DNA of 64,000 nucleotides from positions 64,001 through 128,000 of IMG/VR virus record IMGVR_UViG_3300025121_000014; one strand, 5' to 3'. Position numbers and translations under genes: made by a program. The stretch's first letter is position 1. Every line of letters starts with the position of its first letter. Origin of the DNA: a virus. Lineage: Duplodnaviria > Caudoviricetes. Under the pieces are notes generated by a model. The model did not search any database and had not been told where the DNA came from. It saw only the letters and a program-made list of their open reading frames with translations. This document shows, in pieces, positions 40,780 through 50,045 of the stretch.

Positions 40780-40804
40780 AATCTTAATTATTAAAATTAT
40801 AATT

Positions 40805-40814
40805 TAATATATAA
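40805..40814 (+). promoter_or_regulatory. Candidate late promoter motif
   Basis: TAATATATAA, 20 nt before ATG 40835. Confidence 0.55.
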
Positions 40815-40834
40815 TAAAAAGTAAATTAAATTAT

Positions 40835-42670
40835 ATGGCAATTGGAACTAAATTATATCCCGTAATCGTTTTAAAAGAATTAGAAAATGATTCAAGTATT
40901 TCTGTAATTAGTGGATTTACCTATATTTATACTAAAACCAATAATAATTTATATTTTAAAAATACTGGTATTACAGAAGCTAGATTCTATACAAGTAATG
41001 AATCTATTATACCAAATATAAATAGTACAAATGATATAGGTACAACTAATTATTCATTTCGAGATTTATATTTAAACGGCAGTATCAAAATACCTAACGG
41101 TCAAACTATATTCAATGTTAATACAACTTATAATAATACATCCGTAGGTCATCTTGCTGGTGGTACAAATACAGGCACTAATAATGTAACTGTTGGTTAT
41201 TCATCTGGTTATAATTTATTAAATAGCGCTAATAATACTTTAATTGGTACTGATGCAGGATATAATCTTACTACTGGTGATGGTAATATATTTTTAGGTT
41301 ATCAAGCTGGTTATCAAGAAACAGGAAATGATAAATTATACATATCTAATTGGAGTGGAAACACAGGACAAACTTTAATTTATGGTGATTTTAGTACTAA
41401 TGAATTAACTATAAATGCAGATGTTGAAATTAGTAACACTATTGATATTGGTGGTGATTTAATAAAGTTTAGTGGATTTGATTTTATAAGATCTGCTAAT
41501 ATATCTACTACAGTTATAGGTATTGAAGCTGCAACTGGATTAACAAGTAGTGGATATAATAATGTAATTATAGGTTATCGTGCAATGCAATCAATAGAAA
41601 GTTGGGATAATTGTACAGCAATAGGTGTTGAGGCAGGAAGATATCAGAGATATCATCATCAAATATTTATTGGTTATCAAGCAGGGTTAGGTGTAGAAGG
41701 AGTTACAACTGCTGATGGTAGTATGGCAATAGGAAATTATGCACTTAAAGTAATAGAAACAGGTTCGAATAATTTAGCCATAGGTCACAGTACTATGTTT
41801 AAATTTACAGACGGGTCTAGTAATACAGCAGTAGGATACAATGCGATATTTAATAATTTAACTGGAAGTTATAATACAGGTTTAGGCCAAGGTGCATTAT
41901 ATCAAAGTTTAGGTAGTAGTAATGTGGCTATTGGTTATTATGCTGGTCAAAATGCACAAAGCGGTGGTGTTTATATAGGTCATAAAGCAGGATTTTATGA
42001 AACAGGATCAAATAAATTATTTATTGCAAATGATAATCATACAAGTGAAGCTATTAGTAGAATAACATCATTAGTTTATGGTGAATTTGATACACCTTTA
42101 TTAAGATTTAATTCAACTGTTGAAATTAGCGGAAATACAATACCTATTTATAACAATTCAACTGATTTAGGTTCTTCGTCATACGGTTGGAGAAATTTAT
42201 ATTTATCTAATGATAGTGGAATATATGTTGGTAGTATTGAAGGAATACGAGTAGGAAGTGGTGAAACCTGGTTAAATCATGAAATTCATATAGAAAACGA
42301 TACTTGGATAACTGGAAGAAATAATTCAGGAACAACAGAAGTAAATATAATAAAAATAAATACAAATGATGAAATAGAATTAGGTGCTACATTTAATGTA
42401 GGAAGTTTAGAAGCAGCCGAAGATAGTGGTGCAGTAACTTTATTTGATATGCCTGTTTCAAGCACACCAACATTAGGTGATGAAATGTCTGCTACTATAA
42501 AAATTGATGGAAATAATATTTTAAAAATTTATGCTGAAGCAGATGGTACTGGTGGTGTTGATACTTATAGAGTAAAATTATTAAATAAAGCAAAATTAGT
42601 TTTACAAGATAGTACAGGAATTGAACACACTTATGAAGCTGATTCTGATGGATCGTTAATAATAAGTTAA
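40835..42670 (+). CDS. Fibre protein with two beta-roll blocks (611 aa)
   Basis: N-terminal anchor like 8582; N..(I/V)G..AG repeats; LIYGDFS and LVYGEFD closers. Confidence 0.7.
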   Translation: MAIGTKLYPVIVLKELENDSSISVISGFTYIYTKTNNNLYFKNTGITEARFYTSNESIIPNINSTNDIGTTNYSFRDLYLNGSIKIPNGQTIFNVNTTYNNTSVGHLAGGTNTGTNNVTVGYSSGYNLLNSANNTLIGTDAGYNLTTGDGNIFLGYQAGYQETGNDKLYISNWSGNTGQTLIYGDFSTNELTINADVEISNTIDIGGDLIKFSGFDFIRSANISTTVIGIEAATGLTSSGYNNVIIGYRAMQSIESWDNCTAIGVEAGRYQRYHHQIFIGYQAGLGVEGVTTADGSMAIGNYALKVIETGSNNLAIGHSTMFKFTDGSSNTAVGYNAIFNNLTGSYNTGLGQGALYQSLGSSNVAIGYYAGQNAQSGGVYIGHKAGFYETGSNKLFIANDNHTSEAISRITSLVYGEFDTPLLRFNSTVEISGNTIPIYNNSTDLGSSSYGWRNLYLSNDSGIYVGSIEGIRVGSGETWLNHEIHIENDTWITGRNNSGTTEVNIIKINTNDEIELGATFNVGSLEAAEDSGAVTLFDMPVSSTPTLGDEMSATIKIDGNNILKIYAEADGTGGVDTYRVKLLNKAKLVLQDSTGIEHTYEADSDGSLIIS

Positions 42671-42675
42671 AAATT

Positions 42676-43857
42676 ATGGCAAATACAACAAAAGGTTTAA
42701 TTTTAGATGTTGAATTATCACAATATAATTATAATTTTCAAACATCTGGTTTTACAGATAATAGTGGATATGGAAATACTGGTGTTAAATTAGCTACTTT
42801 TACAACAGATAAATATAATAGAACTAATAGAGCTATAAATATTATATCAGGTAGTATTACTTTTACAGATAATACAATTTTAGATATTGGTTATTGGCCA
42901 CTTAAATCTAAATATGAAACAAAAGGAGATAATATAATAATCAATGGAACATTTGATACTGATAGTGATTGGGATTTAGGAACAGGTTGGTCAATTAGTG
43001 ATGGAAAAGCAGTTGCAACAAACGCAACTGAAAATCTAACTCAACTTAATAGTATTGTAATTGGTAAAAGATATTCTGTATCATTCAATATATCTGATAG
43101 AACAAGTGGAGTATGTACTGTTAATTTAGGTACTGGAACATCTTTAGGAACAACATCAGAAGATGGTCATTATTCTTATGATGGTATATGTACTGGTTCA
43201 ACAGATTTTTATTTTAATGCAGATACAGATGTTAATTTAAAAATTGATAATGTTATTATTAAAGAAATTTTAACATTAGATAAAACACCATATGAAAATA
43301 ATGGTTCATCAATAAATACATTTGTTGATACTGGTTATACATATTTTAACGGTAGTAGTTATATAGACTTAGGAACTGATTTAAATACAAGTTATTTATC
43401 TTTAAGTTGTTGGGTTAAATTTGATACATTAGGAAATAATGAATATATCATTATTAAATGTGATGATTTAGGTGAAATATATGATAAGTTTTCTTATAGA
43501 TTAATGAAAACGGCGGGTAATTATATTTCTTTTAATATATCTGATGATGGTTTATGGACTAGTCAAGAACAAATATTATCTACTAATCCTGTATTAAATG
43601 ATACTTGGTATAATATAGTATCTACATATGATGGTAATTATATTAGATTGTATATTGATAGTGCAGTAGCAAAAACACCAACATCTTATGTATCTACTAT
43701 ATATGAAGGAACAGGCAAAGTAACAATAGGCGCAAGATATCGATTAAGTCAAACTATGTATGCATTTAATTTTAGTGGTAATTTGAGTGATGTAAGAATT
43801 TATAATCGTGCTTTATCTACAACAGAAATAACAGAAATATATAATAAGGGGAGATGA
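42676..43857 (+). CDS. LamG/ConA-like domain protein with carbohydrate-binding-module-like insert (393 aa)
   Basis: IIINGTFDTDSDWDLGTGWSI...YSVSFNI; YFNGSSYIDLG...LSLSCWVK...WYNIVSTYDG...DVRIYNRALSTTEI. Confidence 0.75.
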   Translation: MANTTKGLILDVELSQYNYNFQTSGFTDNSGYGNTGVKLATFTTDKYNRTNRAINIISGSITFTDNTILDIGYWPLKSKYETKGDNIIINGTFDTDSDWDLGTGWSISDGKAVATNATENLTQLNSIVIGKRYSVSFNISDRTSGVCTVNLGTGTSLGTTSEDGHYSYDGICTGSTDFYFNADTDVNLKIDNVIIKEILTLDKTPYENNGSSINTFVDTGYTYFNGSSYIDLGTDLNTSYLSLSCWVKFDTLGNNEYIIIKCDDLGEIYDKFSYRLMKTAGNYISFNISDDGLWTSQEQILSTNPVLNDTWYNIVSTYDGNYIRLYIDSAVAKTPTSYVSTIYEGTGKVTIGARYRLSQTMYAFNFSGNLSDVRIYNRALSTTEITEIYNKGR

Positions 43858-43873
43858 AATCATTCTTAGTTTT

Positions 43874-43883
43874 TAATATATAA
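43874..43883 (+). promoter_or_regulatory. Candidate late promoter motif
   Basis: TAATATATAA, 20 nt before ATG 43904. Confidence 0.55.
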
Positions 43884-43903
43884 AATATAAAATAAAAATA
43901 TCT

Positions 43904-44350
43904 ATGAGTAATAAATTAAGGGTATCGCAATCTGGTTCAGGTAATCCTACAACTATAACACCTCATTTTAAAGGTGAGATTTATATAAATGAAGATAGTG
44001 GTAGTTTATGGAGAGCATATGGAACAAGTATAGGAAATTTTTATGAATTAAACGATAGTGGAAATGGAATTGTATATAATATAATTACATTAACAGGAAA
44101 TACGACATTAGATGAAAATTATTACTGGATATTATCTAATTCAGAAACAGCAGACCATGAATTAACATTACCAGCTAGTCCAAATGAAGGACAGCAATAT
44201 TTAATCAAAAAAGTATCAAGTGATACATATAAAACAACAGTAATTGGAAATGGTAACTTAATAGATGGTGAAAGTGAAAATTATATATATTATAAATATG
44301 ATGCCAAAGGTTATGTATATAGTACTGAATTTGGTTGGAATGTATTCTAA
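43904..44350 (+). CDS. Small virion structural protein (148 aa)
   Basis: LTLPASPNEGQQYLIKK...GNLIDG, a motif common in phage fibre domains. Confidence 0.6.
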   Translation: MSNKLRVSQSGSGNPTTITPHFKGEIYINEDSGSLWRAYGTSIGNFYELNDSGNGIVYNIITLTGNTTLDENYYWILSNSETADHELTLPASPNEGQQYLIKKVSSDTYKTTVIGNGNLIDGESENYIYYKYDAKGYVYSTEFGWNVF

Positions 44351-44378
44351 AAAAATAAATAAATTTACATTATATATT

Positions 44379-44388
44379 TAATATATAG
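44379..44388 (+). promoter_or_regulatory. Candidate late promoter motif (near-leaderless)
   Basis: TAATATATAG, 4 nt before ATG 44393. Confidence 0.45.
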
Positions 44389-44392
44389 AAGT

Positions 44393-45298
44393 ATGAAAAC
44401 CATTAAACTACCATATAAAAGTGATTATGATTTAACAGACTTAATGAGACAATATACGATATTAATTAAATCTTGTTATAATAAATCAATTAAGGGTTTT
44501 ACTGATAAAGAAATAAGATTATATTTAAAAACATTAAATAATGTTGGTGATTTAGATTCAAAATTTGTAGAAAATGCGATAATTGATAAAAAAACATTCC
44601 AAAAAGAAAATAAGATAATTTTCAGAAAATCAAATTTCATTAAACGAAGTAAAAATAAAATAGATAAAAAAGAATTTAAAGAAAATAAATATTTACCGAT
44701 AATTAATTATGGTGAGAAATCTTGTAAAGGTAACAGAAAATTTCAGATAGATTTAGATAAAAATAAGATCATATTTAAATTAAACAGAAAAACACACATA
44801 AATATCTATTTACCAAAATTAAAAATTAATTATTTAAAAGAATTAAATAAAGTTCAAAACTTAATGGAAGAATGTAAAATATCTGTATCATTTAAATTAG
44901 ATACTAAAAATATTTATATATCATATGAAGAAATAGTTAAAGATAATTTAATTAAAAGATGTAAAATAAATAGCATAAAAGTTTATTTAATTCATCCAGC
45001 ATATACTACTTTTATCGGCAATTTACAATATGATTATTTTGACCCGATTAATGCATCAATTGAAGTTGCTAGAAGAGGATATCAATATAGTAAAATGTAT
45101 TTAAAAAATAAGTTTTATCCTAAATTTAGTTTAAAGAATCAATGGAATCAATGGAAGAAAGAAGTTGGTTTGTTCACTGAAGATTGGAAAGAACTTTATA
45201 AACAAATAAAAACTTTAGATTTGAGTTATAGAGTTCCACTTAATGAAGTGGTTTTTAGGAAAATATGCATAAATCATATTATATTTAATTTAATATGA
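44393..45298 (+). CDS. TnpB-related protein with in-frame internal deletion of RuvC-I/II (predicted nuclease-dead, 301 aa)
   Basis: MKTIKLPY...KGNRKFQID...FKLNRKTHI...IYISYEE joins directly to NLIKRC...HPAYTTFIGN...DPINASIEVARRG. No GID or ED motif, no zinc finger. Confidence 0.65.
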   Translation: MKTIKLPYKSDYDLTDLMRQYTILIKSCYNKSIKGFTDKEIRLYLKTLNNVGDLDSKFVENAIIDKKTFQKENKIIFRKSNFIKRSKNKIDKKEFKENKYLPIINYGEKSCKGNRKFQIDLDKNKIIFKLNRKTHINIYLPKLKINYLKELNKVQNLMEECKISVSFKLDTKNIYISYEEIVKDNLIKRCKINSIKVYLIHPAYTTFIGNLQYDYFDPINASIEVARRGYQYSKMYLKNKFYPKFSLKNQWNQWKKEVGLFTEDWKELYKQIKTLDLSYRVPLNEVVFRKICINHIIFNLI

Positions 45299-45303
45299 TT
45301 TAT
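45236..45303 (+). other. Two hairpins at the 3' end of the TnpB-like gene (possible right end or omegaRNA remnant)
   Basis: CCACTT-aatg-AAGTGG (45236-45251) and a perfect 13-bp inverted repeat ATAAATCATATTA / TAATATGATTTAT (45269-45303). Confidence 0.5.
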
Positions 45304-45361
45304 ATATGTTTAATAATTCATATGAAAGAAATTAAATGTTAAAAAAAATAAATAATATATC

Positions 45362-46135
45362 ATGGCCTATGAAAGAAATATATCATTACCAAATGTAGAA
45401 TATAAAAGTCCTAGTGATTTTAATGTAAGTTTTACGGGTACTACAAGTGGTGATACTACAGGTTCAATAATATTGTTGACTGGTGTTCCAATAACTATTC
45501 AAAATTCTGGTCAAATTGCATATATATTAGCAATTAGTGGAACTACATCTAGAATTTATATTAATGGATTATATGGTGTTACTTTTTCATATGATAATTC
45601 TACTGATATTATTACTATATATGGTGCAGGAACACCGTTTCAATCCGGAGATGAATATGTTGTTGGTTTAAATGGACCAAAGCCAGGATTAGATTTAGGA
45701 TTAGATTTAAATAAATCACAAGAACAATCACCTGCAAGTACTTGGTATACAGATGGAGAACAAGTTACTGTAACTAGCGGATTTACAAGTGGTTGGACAG
45801 ATTTATGTAGTGAAATAGATATGAGAGAATTTACACAATTAAATTTATATTTAACACTTGATATAAATGATTCTCAAAATGCTAGAATAAAAGCATTAGG
45901 TAAATATGAATTTGGCGGCGTTGATGAATTTGATTTAGTACAGAAAACAGAAACAGATAGTGTAACATATATTAAACCATCTTACATAGAATTTAGTAAT
46001 GATAATGATCAATTAGTAACATTATCGTTTAATACTAATGGTGTGCCTTATATACAATTACAAATTATGGCAGAAATACCAGGAAGTACCGTTGGCGGAA
46101 TTACAGATTGTTATATAAATAAAATATGGAAATAA
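45362..46135 (+). CDS. Adaptor-like structural protein, paralog A (257 aa)
   Basis: C-terminal about 135 aa (WYTDGEQVTVTSGFTS...GGITDCYINKIWK) closely similar to 49269. Confidence 0.65.
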   Translation: MAYERNISLPNVEYKSPSDFNVSFTGTTSGDTTGSIILLTGVPITIQNSGQIAYILAISGTTSRIYINGLYGVTFSYDNSTDIITIYGAGTPFQSGDEYVVGLNGPKPGLDLGLDLNKSQEQSPASTWYTDGEQVTVTSGFTSGWTDLCSEIDMREFTQLNLYLTLDINDSQNARIKALGKYEFGGVDEFDLVQKTETDSVTYIKPSYIEFSNDNDQLVTLSFNTNGVPYIQLQIMAEIPGSTVGGITDCYINKIWK

Positions 46136-47368
46136 ATGAGTGTAAGACAATCACAATCAAGTGTAGATAGTAGAATTATATTTAAAGAAACTTTTAATTC
46201 TGAAGAAAGTGTTCGTAGAAATGGCGGTGTACCTACTGATATGACGGTTGAGAATGGGAAAGGAGTATTTAATGGAACAAGTAGTAAAATACTATATCCA
46301 GATTTTAATCATTTACATTTAGGTAATTTTTCTATAAGAATTAAATTTAATTATATTGATGATGGTAATTTTCATTACATTTTTACAAATGGTGCAACAG
46401 GTGGTAATAATGGATGGGGTGTGGGTGTTATATCTAGTCAATTAAGAGCAGAAATAAAACCATATACAACAAGATATACCTTAGTTTCTAACCCAGGGCT
46501 ATCACTTAACGATGAAAATAGAGAAATTATATTTACTTGTAATAGAAATGGTAATATTTATATGTATGTAGATTCTGTTCAACAAAATAGTGTTCAAAAT
46601 GTATCGTATCAATCAACTATTTCTTTAAAAACATCTTGGTTGCCAAGTGTAGGTTCAATTTTTACATCAAGTTATTATACAGGTAAAATTAATTTAATAG
46701 AAGTTTATAATGATGTATTAACCGCAGAAGAAGTAGCACTCTTATACACCAATAATCTATATGTCAAACCAAAATTTCAAAACGAAATCTTATCAATAAA
46801 TCCATTAAAAGGTGTATTAGAAGATAAATATGGTAATAGTATAACGAATACTGCTGTTACTTTAGTGAAGGATAAAGAGTATGTGATGAAATTTAATGGT
46901 GGTACGAGTAGATTAAATTTAGGAACATTTAATGATTTAACTGGTAATATAAGCATAATAACCTGGGTGAAGGCTTGGACTTTTGGTGATTCAACTAATG
47001 GATATATTTTAACGAATGAAAAATTAATTTTTCGAATTGGCGGAGCATCTATATTTTATTTGTATTCAAATGGTTCGAATTTTGCTTTTTCTAGTGTAGT
47101 AAATCTGTTAAATAATTGGGTTTGTATTATAATTACAAGGGATTCAATAGGTACAGTAAATTTTTATATAAATGATATTTTATCAAATGCTAGCATCAGT
47201 AGTGGTATTCCTGCTATCAGTAGTAGTAATATTATAATAGGAAATAGAAATGCAATTGATAGAAGCTGGAATGGTTTAATTGGTGAAATACAGGTAATAG
47301 AAAGATTACTCGCCGCAGAGGAAATATCACAATATTATAATGCAACTAAAAATTATTATATAGGATAA
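46136..47368 (+). CDS. Tandem LamG-like protein, cassette 1 gene A (410 aa)
   Basis: GVFNGTSSKI...IEVYNDVLTAEEV; MKFNGG...ISIITWVK...GEIQVIERLLAAEEI. Paralog of 51747. Confidence 0.75.
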   Translation: MSVRQSQSSVDSRIIFKETFNSEESVRRNGGVPTDMTVENGKGVFNGTSSKILYPDFNHLHLGNFSIRIKFNYIDDGNFHYIFTNGATGGNNGWGVGVISSQLRAEIKPYTTRYTLVSNPGLSLNDENREIIFTCNRNGNIYMYVDSVQQNSVQNVSYQSTISLKTSWLPSVGSIFTSSYYTGKINLIEVYNDVLTAEEVALLYTNNLYVKPKFQNEILSINPLKGVLEDKYGNSITNTAVTLVKDKEYVMKFNGGTSRLNLGTFNDLTGNISIITWVKAWTFGDSTNGYILTNEKLIFRIGGASIFYLYSNGSNFAFSSVVNLLNNWVCIIITRDSIGTVNFYINDILSNASISSGIPAISSSNIIIGNRNAIDRSWNGLIGEIQVIERLLAAEEISQYYNATKNYYIG

Positions 47369-47373
47369 AAGTT

Positions 47374-49224
47374 ATGGCAAAGATATTTGATATAGATTTT
47401 AGAAAAGGAACGTTGATTGATAGTGTCAGTGGTATAGCTGGTACTAATACGAATGGTGTGTTTAAGCAGACTGAAAAGGGGTTATCGTGGTTGGGTGTAA
47501 AACTTAATGCATATTTAACATTAAATAATACTGTTAATTTAGGGACAATATTTTCCTTTGAGTGTGTGGTAAAAATTACACACAACTCTTATAGTTGGCA
47601 GGCATTAGCAGGACAAAGTAATGGTTCTTATCCATGTACATTAAAACCAAATGATAATGCAATATATATAAATGACGGTACAAATTATGATTTTGAAATA
47701 AGGGCAGATTTATTTGATGGTACTTATCATCATTTGATTATAGTAAAAAATAATACATCGGCATTTATCTATGTTGATAATATTGTAGGTTCAGAGTTAT
47801 CATTTGCAACATCTATTCCAATAAATATTACATCGTTATTTGAAAGACAGAGCACACTAAGATTTAGAGAATATTGCAATTTGGTTAGAATTTATAATCA
47901 TGTTCTAACATCACAAGAACGTTCAAAACTATACCAACAATTCCTTAAATCAGCTCCTATTTATACACCAAATGAAAATGTTAAAGGTAAAGTTAAAGCA
48001 AGTAATCTAAGTAATGAAAATGGTCTAGTAGCAGCTTACAATATGCAACCAACAGTAGGTGGAATATTACCTGATATTAGTGGGAATGGAAGACATGCAA
48101 CATTATATGGTGGATTGACCAATAAAGAAGGGTTAATATTTGATGACTCAAAAAAGGAGTATGCATTATTAAATAATACAACAGGTAATTATAGTAAATA
48201 TACTATATTAATAAGAGTTAAAATGAATGATTATTCTACTACACAAAATTTTCTTGCTGGTTCATCTACTGATAGTTCATCTTACTATATATCTCAGTCA
48301 GGAGGAAGAATAGCTTGGTTTAATGGTGTTGCTTGGATGAATGGTAATATATATTTTTATGATCAATGGGTAACAATAGCATTAATTTTTGATTATAATA
48401 ACGGAAATAGAATTTGGAAATCGTATATAAATGGAGAAGAAGATTTTATTAATGAAGGTGTTGGTAATTTAAATAGTGGAAATTTTAAAACTCTTTTTTC
48501 ATTAACTTCAACTACTAGAAATAGTGATGCTATTTATAAAGATTTAAGAATTTATTCAAGAGAATTATCAGTATCTGAAATTCAAATATATCACAATTCA
48601 TTTGCTTCTCAAGTATATCTATATGAAGACTTTTCAAATGCTCCAGCAGATGGTACTAACATACTTCCTGTTAATTGGATTGCTGGTACTGGTGTATTTA
48701 AGATTGGTGAAATAACAACTGATAGTGATTTGCATAATGTTGGACAGAAGTACTTGGAATGTGTTACTGCTGGTACATTGGCGATACCGAGTAAGCAGGC
48801 GTATGGTACTTGTGAGTTTAATTTATATAAAGGTGATACTGCAAATAGTTTATCTATTTACTTTATAAGTGATAAAATTAATTTTGTTAATGGATATCAA
48901 TTTGTATTTGATTCTAGCGAAAGAATTTGGTTACTAGAAAAAATTGATGGTGGTGCTTATAGTAAAATGTATACTAATGCATCATATGCTTCTAATACCA
49001 CTTGGTATAAAATTAAAATAACTAGATCATTATCAGGAGAATTCACCTATTATATTAAAGGTGGTAATTTTGGTAATGAATATATTTTAGTTGATGTAAC
49101 AGGAGGATTTGGTACTAACCCAATAACCGACAATACCTATACAACATCAAACTTCTATGTACTAGATTTAGATGCAGGAGATAGAATTACCAATATTAAA
49201 ATGACAGATGGAATAATAGTTTAA
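47374..49224 (+). CDS. Tandem LamG-like protein, cassette 1 gene B (616 aa)
   Basis: MAKIFDIDFRKGTLIDSVS; VRIYNHVLT; GLVAAYNM; DLRIYSRELS; C-terminus LDAGDRITNIKMT. Paralog of 53014. Confidence 0.75.
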   Translation: MAKIFDIDFRKGTLIDSVSGIAGTNTNGVFKQTEKGLSWLGVKLNAYLTLNNTVNLGTIFSFECVVKITHNSYSWQALAGQSNGSYPCTLKPNDNAIYINDGTNYDFEIRADLFDGTYHHLIIVKNNTSAFIYVDNIVGSELSFATSIPINITSLFERQSTLRFREYCNLVRIYNHVLTSQERSKLYQQFLKSAPIYTPNENVKGKVKASNLSNENGLVAAYNMQPTVGGILPDISGNGRHATLYGGLTNKEGLIFDDSKKEYALLNNTTGNYSKYTILIRVKMNDYSTTQNFLAGSSTDSSSYYISQSGGRIAWFNGVAWMNGNIYFYDQWVTIALIFDYNNGNRIWKSYINGEEDFINEGVGNLNSGNFKTLFSLTSTTRNSDAIYKDLRIYSRELSVSEIQIYHNSFASQVYLYEDFSNAPADGTNILPVNWIAGTGVFKIGEITTDSDLHNVGQKYLECVTAGTLAIPSKQAYGTCEFNLYKGDTANSLSIYFISDKINFVNGYQFVFDSSERIWLLEKIDGGAYSKMYTNASYASNTTWYKIKITRSLSGEFTYYIKGGNFGNEYILVDVTGGFGTNPITDNTYTTSNFYVLDLDAGDRITNIKMTDGIIV

Positions 49225-49233
49225 ATAAAAATT

Positions 49234-49243
49234 TTATATATAA
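49234..49243 (+). promoter_or_regulatory. Candidate late promoter motif
   Basis: TTATATATAA, 25 nt before ATG 49269. Confidence 0.5.
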
Positions 49244-49268
49244 TAAACAAAAAGAATAATAAATTAAT

Positions 49269-50045
49269 ATGGGTACTTATATAACTAATAACAATACACC
49301 ATCAGGAAATTATACAATATATTCTACTGATGCAGGTGATTTTACAACTACAATTTCAGGTACAACACTTATAGTATTAAGTACTAATAATTTAGGTGGT
49401 AAATCAATAGATATTTCACAATTTGCAAATGCTAATTTACAAATATATGATTATTCAGAATCAAAATTTATTGATATAATTTTAGATAAACCAATTTGGA
49501 GTGGTTCTACTTTAGATATTTCAAATTGTACTAATTATTTTATATTAAATTCAACATACGATTCTGTTAATTTATCAATACCAGGACCACCAAGAGCAAT
49601 AGATACTGATTTAGATGCTAATTTGATGTCCGAAATATCACCAGCTAGAGTTTGGTATACTGATGGAGAACAAGTTACAGTAACTAGTGGATTTACAAGT
49701 AATTGGGTTGATTTATGTAGTGAAATAGATATGAGAGGTTATACACATTTGAATATATTTGCAACATTAGATATAAATGATTCACAAGGTGCAAGAATAA
49801 GGGCATTAGGTAAATATGAATTTGGCGGTACTAGTGAATTTAATTTTTCAATTGAATCAATTAATCCTAGTAATGTTAAAATAGAACCAGAATATATAGA
49901 ATTTAATACTGATTTAGATCAATTACAAATTATTAAATTTCAAACTGATGGAGTACCTTATGTACAATTACAAATTATGGCAGAAGTAAGTGGTTCAACA
50001 GTTGGAGGAATTACTGATTGTTATATAAATAAAATATGGAAGTAA
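49269..50045 (+). CDS. Adaptor-like structural protein, paralog B (258 aa)
   Basis: Paralog of 45362; TAATG overlap with the next start at 50045. Confidence 0.65.
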   Translation: MGTYITNNNTPSGNYTIYSTDAGDFTTTISGTTLIVLSTNNLGGKSIDISQFANANLQIYDYSESKFIDIILDKPIWSGSTLDISNCTNYFILNSTYDSVNLSIPGPPRAIDTDLDANLMSEISPARVWYTDGEQVTVTSGFTSNWVDLCSEIDMRGYTHLNIFATLDINDSQGARIRALGKYEFGGTSEFNFSIESINPSNVKIEPEYIEFNTDLDQLQIIKFQTDGVPYVQLQIMAEVSGSTVGGITDCYINKIWK

